20,007 bases of DNA, taken from the NCBI RefSeq assembly GCF_006345805.1, contig NW_021824064.1, positions 1 through 20,007 of the forward strand, written 5' to 3'. This stretch comes from Octopus sinensis (taxonomy: Eukaryota). The notes below the pieces were generated by a model. That model was given only the letters and a program-made list of their open reading frames with translations. It was not told the DNA's origin and did no database searches. This document shows, in pieces, positions 11,819 to 20,007 of this stretch (position 1 is the first letter of the stretch; each line of letters opens with the position of its first letter). A program made the position numbers and the translations under genes.

Positions 11819-12139
11819 AGACAAACAGAAAAAAATGTGGGTAAAATTGATGACGTCATAAGAAAAATGCTGACACCAGTTATCATTTTTTAATCAATGA
11901 CAAATGTTTCTCTGCCAATTACCCAGACTGCGTTTCAAATCATTTTATTTCATTTAAAAACTCCTTGTTGGAATTCATCGAAATTTGCACAGAATGAGGG
12001 CAACAGTTATATGTATGCTGTGTGTAAAAAACATGGAGTTCCGTAAAACAACACAGAAACTATGGCCATTTAGCAGATTTACGTTAACTTTCACTGTTTC
12101 AAATCATTAGCGAGACGTAATTAAAACTCATTTAGACAA

Positions 12140-12773
12140 TCATATCTATAAAAGGCATGATGTGTGTGCGTGTGTGTGTGTGTGGTGTTGTGTGTGTGTG
12201 TGTGTGTGTTGTGTGTGTGTGTGTGTGTGTGGTGTGTACGTAATTCATGCACATCCACAAATTAGCACGCATGTCGCTCAAATTTTAGGAGGACATTCGT
12301 CAACATCCTATCTGGGTTTTGTCAACTTATATTTTTCCTGAGGCACCCGTGGATAAAGAAAAGTAGAAGAGGGGCAGAGAGTTTCACGGGAAAGAAAAAG
12401 TGAGTGAGAGATAGAACGTAAGTGACGACGTTCAAAAAATAAAATGTAAAATGTTTTGTTTTTTTCTTAAACACGAGATATAGTGTTCAAATTCAGCATG
12501 TTTTTGAAAGACACTATAGTTTATAATCATAATATATATACTTTCTCGCACAACAATTACAATATATTTATTTTAATCATTTATTTATTTTAAATCGTTC
12601 ATATTTCTCCCCCTCTCTCTTTCTTTGGTGCGAAAGAGTTTTGTTTTTATTTTACGCCGAGTAAAAAAGTGTTTTGTTGAGAGTCGATATTACTTAGTTT
12701 GGTTTGAAATAAAGAACTTGATTAGCTTAATAATCGTAACTTAATACCGGGCAAAGCCGGGGTTTACAGCTAG
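12140..12773 (+). mobile_element. Helitron-like non-autonomous element (family 1)
   Basis: 5' a|TCatatctataaaaggca...(TG)n; 3' hairpin ccgg-gcaaag-ccgg (12747-12760) then CTAG|t (12770-12773); A|T insertion context. Confidence 0.7.
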
Positions 12774-12894
12774 TAAAGTATATATTTAATTGTTTTATGG
12801 TACATACTGAAATGAACAGAAACAATCACAAACACGGAAGAAATAGAAATAAACAAATAAACAGCGTTCAAAAACGATAGGTGAAATGTTTTGT

Positions 12895-13110
12895 AAAAGA
12901 TATATGAGCGTTTGTTTGAAATATGTTGGAAAGCCGCTGGTCCATGGAACACGTTAATTTCTGGATCTCTTGCGATGTTATATCACGGGATACATCCACT
13001 ATTGTCTGTCACAATTTATCCTTGCTACTAAATTGGTTTCCAATCCCGAAAACTAGTCGTTTTATAATACTCTACAAGTTTTCTATAGGTTTTAAGTCGG
13101 GGGAACAGGC
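12895..13110 (-). mobile_element. Tc1-family transposase C-terminal fragment
   Basis: Minus-strand translation ACSPDLKPIENL*SIIKRLVFGIGNQFSSKDKL*QTIVDVSRDITSQEIQKLTCSMDQRLSNIFQTNA matches the SPDLNPIENxW...L..SM..RL motif; both stops fall at expected Trp positions. Confidence 0.85.
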
Positions 13111-13114
13111 ATAC

Positions 13115-13126
13115 AACCACACACAC

Positions 13127-13164
<38 letters not shown>

Positions 13165-13185
13165 CACACACACTCACACACACAC

Positions 13186-13218
<33 letters not shown>
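13115..13218. repeat. (CA)n(TA)n microsatellite (mariner target site)
   Basis: Direct reading. Confidence 0.95.
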
Positions 13219-13222
<4 letters not shown>

Positions 13223-14462
13223 GTAATTTAGAATGAAATGTTCGATTTTGAACTCTAAATTTATTTCACTTTATCTCAACAAAAATCATAGCAGTTAATC
13301 AAAGTATGCACCTAAATAGTCAACACAATCTTGCCATTTTATCAGTAGATTATTTATGCCGACAGCGAATAATTCTTGATAGCAAAAGGTGATGAAATCA
13401 CGAAAGGCTGTTTTTGCATCTTCTTCGGATTTGAAGTTTTTTCCTTGCAAAAAGTTGTCTAATGCCTGGTAATCCTGGTAGTCACTTGGTGCAAGGTCTG
13501 GTGAATATGATAGATGACAGAGTACTTTCAAGTTCAGTTCCTGTAATTTGAGTCGTGTTCCTTGTGTAACATGTCGTCAAACATTGCTTTGCAAAAGAAT
13601 TGGCCTGGCTCTATTGACCAGTTGTTTAATTGCAAGTCCACTGTTCACTTCATCGAATTGGTTGATGTATACATCCGGTGTAATTGAGTTACCAGATCTC
13701 ATGAATCTCACACCAGCACTGGACCACCAAATGGACACCATTAGCATTCTTTGGTGAATATTCTATTTTCGATTGTGTTTTGGCACTTCGTGTCTATCCA
13801 ACGACCGTGCAGAACGATTGCTATTTTTGAAAAGAATCCATTTGCATCATACGTAACATACACCGCAAAAATGGTTCGCTTTTATGCTGTGACAACAAAG
13901 AAGAGCAAGTTTCAAGACGACGTGTGATTTGAAGCTCATTTAGTTCATATGGTACCCACTCGTCCAACTTTTTTACTTTGCCGATTTGTTTAAAATGGTC
14001 CAGTACAACTGGAATGGAAACATCAAACCTCGCTGTTAATGCACGCGTAGTTTGAGATATATCCGCTTCCACTACAGTTTCCAGTTCATCATTATCCACC
14101 TTAGTCTCACGTCTACCATGGAGCTGATTTTCAAGAGGAAATTCACAAGACCAGAACTTCTCAAACCATCGACGTACAGTGCGCTCATTCGCTAAATCTT
14201 CACCAAACAGCTCATTAGTGTTTCGAGCTGTCTGGGATGAAGTGTTTCCACTACAGAACTCATATTCATGAAAAACACGAATTCTTTATCTATCCATGGG
14301 TTCCAAAAAATTGATCTACAAGAGAAAACTCACAATATAATCAGACACCATGAATTGCATTTCGAAAAGTGATGACGTAACTCTTAAATGTTGTAAAACA
14401 AAGAATTGTGAGGACAACCTTGGTGCATCAGAAACTCGGACATTTCTTTCTTAATGACCTAA
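13219..14462 (-). mobile_element. Full-length (1244 bp) decayed mariner transposon with TIRs and TA target duplication
   Basis: TIRs tcaggtaatttagaatgaaatgttcgatttt (left) and ttaggtcattaagaaagaaatgtccgagttt (right, reverse complement), 25/31 identical, flanked by TA. Transposase pseudogene ~14297-13295 with HTH segment YEF...ERTVRRWFEKF, WVPYEL (WVPHEL motif) and YSPDLAPSDY. Confidence 0.95.
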
Positions 14463-14519
14463 TATATATATGTATGTATGTGTGTGTGTGTGTGCGTGAG
14501 TGTATGCGTGTGTTCATAT

Positions 14520-14740
14520 ATATGAGTGTGTGCGTTTTTGTCTCCCATCACCAATAAACAACTAGTATTGGTGTGATTACGTCTCCGTAAACTAGCGGTT
14601 CGATAACAGAGACAGATAATATAGGTTATAGGCTTTAATGAATGAAGATTCTGGAGTCGATTCGTAGTATTAAAGTCTGGCAAAGCGGTGCCCCAGCATG
14701 GCCACATTCTACTGATTGAAACGATGTAGGAGATAAAGGA
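14520..14740 (+). mobile_element. SINE family A-related 3' half, diverged
   Basis: ggtgtg.ttacgtc.ccgtaa.ctagcggttcg...gagac.gata...ggcggtgc.ccagcatggccac-like segments match the family A 3' half. Confidence 0.75.
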
Positions 14741-15224
14741 ATCTCTACAAACGTTTATACTCTTACCAATTCTGGAACAACTTTGAACACAATACAGATT
14801 CTAAATTTTAGAAAATTGCTGACATCAGCAACATTTTTGTAATACAGAACTATTCTCTTATCAATGGTCCATACGTGTGTTAATGTTTGTTGACATGGCA
14901 TTTGTGGTTCAGGAATAAAGCTGGGTGGTGTTCTCGCATCTCACTAAGCTAATGGAATCCCAAACCCCACCGGATTTATTCGGTTAAGGAGAACGAAAAC
15001 ATATTAAGCAAAGTGTGGAAACTATCCTCGTCAGCTGGCAATCGAGTAGGAACTTAGTTTCGTCGCCTTTAATCCAGGTTACTATTTGTGATGAAGTCAA
15101 GCAGCACGAAAATTAGATTCTGACGCTGTTTGGAATAAGCAAGCATAAATGCTTGTAATACCAATCACAAACGTGTATAATATGAATATTTGCATCTATT
15201 TATACGTAGACATAAGTGTATATA

Positions 15225-15413
15225 CGATGGAATGCTGAAAAGTTCCTGGCTTTAAGGGTTTCGGGAAAGGCCTACATGGAAACCCAACATACCGAGCTAT
15301 TTTACAGGTCTTACAAAAACTGAAGGACCACTGCAAAAAGTGCGTGAATCTAAAAAGGAAATAAGTTGAATAAAATCATATTTTCTATTACCCAAAGCCA
15401 TGAGGTTTCAGCA
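15225..15413 (+). mobile_element. Mariner-derived MITE / internal-deletion derivative, right TIR eroded
   Basis: ta|cgatggaatgctgaaaagttcctggcttt ... aaagccatgaggtttcagca form degenerate inverted termini. The interior translates to LQKLKDHCKKCVNLKRK*VE*, like the mariner C-terminal KL..RW.KCV...G.YVE. Confidence 0.75.
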
Positions 15414-15415
15414 GA

Positions 15416-15811
15416 GACTGTGTGAATGTGTATATATGAGTGTGTTAATGTGTATATATGAGTGTGTGAATGTGTATATATGAGTGTGTGAATGTGTATA
15501 TATGAGTGTGTGAATGTGTATATATGAGTGTGTGAATGTGTATATATGAGTGTGTGAATGTGTATATATGATTGTGTGAATGTGTATATATGATTGTGTG
15601 AATGTGTATATATGAGTGTGTGAATGTGTATATATGATTGTGCGAATGTGTATATATGATTGTGTGAATGTGTATATATGAGTGTGTGAATGTGTATATA
15701 TGAGTGTGTGAATGTGTATATATGAGTGTGTGAATGTGTATATATGATTGTGTGAATGTGTACATATGAGTGTGTGAATGTGTATATATGAGTGTGTGAA
15801 TGTGTATATAT
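15416..15811 (+). repeat. 22-bp minisatellite ga(g/t)tgtgtgaatgtgtatatat, 18 units
   Basis: Units counted at exact 22-bp spacing from 15416 to 15790. Confidence 0.97.
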
Positions 15812-16019
15812 CTATAAGTACAAGCAAGCGTAGGTTTGAAAATATACCTATAAAGTTCCTAACAATATGCTTATTGATAGTTAAATATAAATTATGAGAT
15901 ATATACTAATATATTCTATCGCTGTTTACACTGAACACACAAATAAACAGATATACTTGCATGAAGACACCTCGTATTAGGCCACGCAGATATAAAGCAT
16001 TAATAATAATAATAAAATG

Positions 16020-16600
16020 CCTTTTTCTGAAAGGCGTTTAAATATTGTTTCACAGAGAAATCAGAAAATAGAGAAATCTTCGGAATAAAACAAGAACATC
16101 ATAAATTGATATAAACTAATAGACAAAGCCATAGAAAATATAATCATAAATAGACCGCAAAAATACATCAGAGAATACAACTATTAACAATAGATAAACC
16201 ATAAGTAAAATGCGTTGTATAAATCAAATTTACACAACTTATAGAATAAATAAACGCATTATCTGGAAATGGCGAAAGTGAATACAAAATACATTAAAGG
16301 TAAGTACATTTAATGATAGATTAACAGTGTTAATATATCATCAAAGTATTAAAATTTAAAACCTTCTTGTGAATAAGAAACGAAAAGGATTGAAACACGA
16401 GAAGAAGCTACTAATAAGCATTGTGATTTATAATTCGTTTGCAAAATTGAAAACTGTATATTTCTCCACTGTAAGTGTTATGTTGGTGATAAAAGTAACA
16501 ATCGCACAGCTATTGACACACCTTACATTTAAAACAAGGAACAAATGCAATGTAGTATATCACACAATATAAATAGGAAGAAATACGTTAGAGGATAACA
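16020..16600 (+). mobile_element. Possible heavily decayed Penelope-like element remnant
   Basis: Fragmentary translations KAFKYCFTEKSENREIFGIKQEHHKLI and KLIDKAIENII resemble the post-RT thumb region of Penelope-like elements; I-D-x-N-S-V-N-I resembles the GIY-YIG C-terminal part. Many stops; weak. Confidence 0.4.
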
Positions 16601-16976
16601 CATAAATAATCTATGGAAATCATTACAAAATATCGGATTCCGCCTCTAAGTAGGAGGAGGATCTTAGCGAAGCACATTGTAAATGGAAGCTCGTAGATAA
16701 TATACACTAAATGCGAATAAATATATGAAATATAGACGCAACTAAAGACATACAATAGGCCTGCTCAAAACTAAAGATTTGGTGATATATTTTAAACATA
16801 ACTTCATTCTGATGATAACACCAAAAAGACGTACACACATACACACAGACTAACATGAGCACGCAAATACACGCACATACACACGCATATATGTTATATT
16901 ATATTCATAGTATTTAATGTAATATTGTAACATAAATAGACAATTGGATTGAAAATAGTATATCTCTCTCTATATA

Positions 16977-17365
16977 TAGGCACCGGCGTGGCTGTGTACT
17001 AAGGAGCTTGCTTCCCAACTACATGTTTCCGGGTTCAGTCTCACTGCGTGGCAGTTTGGGCAAGTGTGTTCTATAGTCGCGGGCAGACCAAAACCTTGTG
17101 AGTGGATTTGGTTGACGGAAACTGAAAGAACCTCGTCGTACACATGTATATATTTGTGTGTGTGTGTGTTTGTCCTTCCCACCACAACTACCTTCGCTTA
17201 ACAACAGACGTTGGTGCATTTATGCCACCTTAACTTAGCGACTCGGCAAAAGAGACCGATAGAATAAGTACGACGCTTACAAAGAATAAATCTTGGGGTT
17301 GATTTGCTCGACTAAACGCAGTGGTCCAGGATGGTCAAAGACAAATGACTTACACAAGTAAAAGA
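16977..17365 (+). mobile_element. SINE family A, full length, with 17-bp target-site duplication
   Basis: Colinear with the other family A copies; atatctctctctatata occurs at 16960-16976 and 17366-17382. Confidence 0.92.
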
Positions 17366-17368
17366 ATA

Positions 17369-17747
17369 TCTCTCTCTATATAAATGGCAGTTTGTCTGTC
17401 TGCGTGTCTGTGTGTCTGTTAGGTTGTACCCTCACCCTGACCACGGCTTTCAACCGATTCTGATGAAACTTGACACATACATAGCCCAATGTCATAATTC
17501 AAAACTAACGCGAGCGAAATTTTGAAAAGTTCCCCCAGTTCTGAAAAAATCGATAATTCGACATGGGGTCGAGAATCAGAAACACAAACCACAAACGTCT
17601 AGGGGACGCAACTCCACCTTTTTAACTCTCAAAAAAATTTACCATCATTTTTTTTCCATTTTTTTGCTATTTTTTGGCTATAACTCTCTAAAATGCTTTA
17701 TAGTTATTTCCCTTACAAACCTGAGCAACGCCGGGCGATACTGCTAG
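17369..17747 (+). mobile_element. Helitron-like non-autonomous element (family 2)
   Basis: 5' a|TCtctctctatataaatggcag...(TG/TC); 3' hairpin cctgagcaacgccggg (17720-17735) then CTAG|t (17744-17747). Confidence 0.8.
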
Positions 17748-18390
17748 TATATATATATATATATATGTCAAAATTCGATAGACATTCCAACTGACCTCTT
17801 AGCATGATTCTATTCATAGTTACTTACACATATACACGCTACTTTCTCCGTGCATATTCATGGATCGTTCACAGTGCTTATATTTCACATGTTCACAGTC
17901 TCCAGTATTTTTCAATGAATCTGCACTAATGTAAAATGGCCGTTGTCACTACACTGCGATCGTTTATAAACATTTCGGGTTTCCATTATATCTCAAATTT
18001 GACGAAGGCATCTCAATTATTTATTTATGTTACAATATTACATTAAATACTATGAATATAATATAACATATATGTGTGCGTGTATTTGCGTGCTCATGTA
18101 TGTCTGTGTGTATGTGTGTACGTGTTTTTGGTGTCATTATCAGAATGAAGTTATGGTTCAAATATGCCACGAAATCTTTAGTTTTGAGCAGGCCTATTTT
18201 ATGTCTTTAGTTGCGTCTATATTTCATATATTTATTCGCATTTAGTGTATATTATCTACGAGCTTCCATTTACAATGTGCTTCGCTAAGATCCTCCTCCT
18301 ACTTTAGAGGCGGAATCCGATATTTTGTAGTGATTTTCATAGATTAACATGATTCCAACACTACTTTCGCTACCGAACGTCGATAAATCC

Positions 18391-18505
18391 TTTCTACAAC
18401 AGGCAGAAGACATGAAAACCTGAGGGGCTGGCTTTTCGTTCACATTGACTATTTTGTTCAGCTGGTGCTTATTTTGTCGGCCCTGAAATCATGAAAGGCA
18501 AGTCC
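18391..18505 (-). mobile_element. SINE family B (tail type 1), old 3' fragment
   Basis: tttctacaacaggca...gaggggct...ctggtgcttatttt.tcg.ccc.gaaa..atgaaaggcaagtc resembles 925-1128 and 5846-6038. Confidence 0.65.
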
Positions 18506-18759
18506 TTTTCTGTTTATAATTACTTGAAGAAAGGAGCCGGATTCTAACGATGGTACAGATCTCCAGTATTGGAATATGGGTGCCACAAGCAATAATGTCA
18601 AATAGAGAACGTAAAAATGTCTTGCATGTATTCAATATTCTGCTACCAAAATGTATTTGTAATGTATATATACTTTGGTTGATTTAAAATTACCCAGACA
18701 GCCTTACACTAGGTATATACGTCTATATGTACGAAATTGCATATCTGTCAGTCTGTCTG

Positions 18760-19007
18760 TGTGTCTTTCAGACACTATCTGTCTGTCTACCTACTCATTC
18801 CTCCATCCCTCTCACTCAGTTTCTCTCTCTCTCTCTCTCTCTCTCACTTTCTATCTATCTATGCATAAATAGATACATATGTACATATATAAATACATAC
18901 ACACACTCACTCAAAATAAGCACCAACACAAACAAACACACACGTACATATATATATATATGTATATATATATATAATATATATATAATATATATATATA
19001 TATATTA
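18760..19007. repeat. (TCTG)/(TC)/(CA)/(TA) microsatellite field
   Basis: Direct reading. Confidence 0.9.
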
Positions 19008-19071
19008 TCCCGAGTAAGCACATAATGTGAAACAAGGTGGAAAAAGAGTACACAACACCAGAGGTAAAGTA

Positions 19072-19239
19072 ATATGCTTTATTTAAAAGCAGCAGAAATA
19101 TTACAAATGCTGTTACTCAGAGTTTCACGTTCCCGTTCGTTGGGCAGTTTTTCTAAAAAAAAATTGTCCGACGAACGGGAACGTGAAACTCTGAGTAAAA
19201 GCTTCTGTTATATTTCTGATGCTTTTAAATAAAGTATAT
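19072..19239. repeat. Near-perfect palindrome, 81-bp arms (19072-19152 and 19159-19239), probably an inverted Penelope-type terminal repeat
   Basis: Arms are reverse complements with scattered mismatches around a 6-nt spacer. Confidence 0.9.
19161..19205 (+). ncRNA. Minimal type I hammerhead-ribozyme-like motif, core degenerate
   Basis: CCGACGA (19168-74; canonical CUGANGA), stem II acg/ggaa/cgt, GAA, stem III act/ctg/agt, GUA triplet at 19195-97. Stem I is only partly paired. A more degenerate mirror copy lies on the minus strand at about 19105-19150. Confidence 0.5.
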
Positions 19240-19569
19240 ATATATATATATATATGTAAATAAAAATAAATTATATATATATCTGTATGTATGTATGTAG
19301 CTATCTATTTGTGTGTAAACGTATCTTTATATGTCATAGCAATAAGCAATGGCGATAATTGAACATAGTGTAATAACTGATAAACAAATCATTGTTGAGT
19401 CATTAAATAATCCGCACGGTTGTCTTTTCTTTAACACGTCACAAATATCATTAATATCTGACATATTTTATACATACCTGTAATCAATATATCTCTTTTA
19501 CATGGATACATTTATGTGCATATGTGCGTGTGTTTGTGTGTGGGTTTCAGCAAGCTCAATCAAGGTTAT

Positions 19570-19590
19570 GAATAATTATATAATAATAAG

Positions 19591-19684
<94 letters not shown>

Positions 19685-20007
19685 TATATATATATATATC
19701 ATTGATACGTACATAAAATAGAGATTTTCGTATTTTAAACATATAGTTATATAAGTGGTAGACATATGCAGCGTGTGTGTGTATATATGTGAATGGATAT
19801 ATATGTATAAAATTGTGTGTAGGCAGATACACACACATACAAAAACAGGTACAAACAATAACAATCTATATGCAATTATGAATAGGTAAGTAAAGATGTA
19901 GGTGTCGTTTGATACGACACTTACATATATATATATATATAACTAAGGATACATACATACATATATGGATACATATATGTGTGTGTATGTGTGCGTGTGT
20001 GAATAAA
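19570..20007. repeat. Degenerate (TA)/(TG)/(CA) microsatellite field
   Basis: Direct reading. Confidence 0.92.

Larger units (their letters stand above)
16607..18346. repeat. Long inverted repeat, arms 16607-16945 and 18014-18346
   Basis: Reverse-complement alignment by eye; 16648-16752 is identical to the reverse complement of 18200-18304 (105 bp). Confidence 0.95.

Noticed and set aside
11820-12139. Sequence resembling a DNA-transposon subterminal region, possibly the rest of the Tc1 element
   Set aside because: No TIR or matching partner end could be identified within the window.
15416-15811. Possible CRISPR-like array
   Set aside because: The units are directly adjacent with no unique spacers, in a eukaryotic context.
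15408-15827. 139-aa and 106-aa repetitive His/Thr-rich ORFs
   Set aside because: They are by-products of the 22-bp minisatellite; the unit is not a multiple of 3, so it is unlikely to be coding.

Overview
AT-rich eukaryotic, repeat-saturated, intron/intergenic-type DNA. The SINE families and microsatellite load resemble those of octopus (coleoid cephalopod) genomes; this is recognised from memory, not verified. No intact protein-coding gene is supported, and almost all ORFs in the supplied track are microsatellite artefacts. Identifiable contents: three tRNA-derived SINE families (about 14 copies or fragments), a 5'-truncated R4/Dong-type non-LTR fragment inside (TAA)n, decayed piggyBac, Tc1 and mariner transposons (the mariner with both TIRs), a mariner-derived MITE, two Helitron-like non-autonomous elements, a probable Penelope-like remnant, an 81-bp-arm palindrome carrying hammerhead-ribozyme-like motifs, a ~340-bp inverted duplication and a 22-bp minisatellite. 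The most unusual feature is absent from the ORF track: an intron-less, decayed minus-strand reading frame made of roughly 55-aa repeats (about 2830-7080). It is fragmented by seven SINE copies and a LINE fragment, and I cannot assign it to a family.
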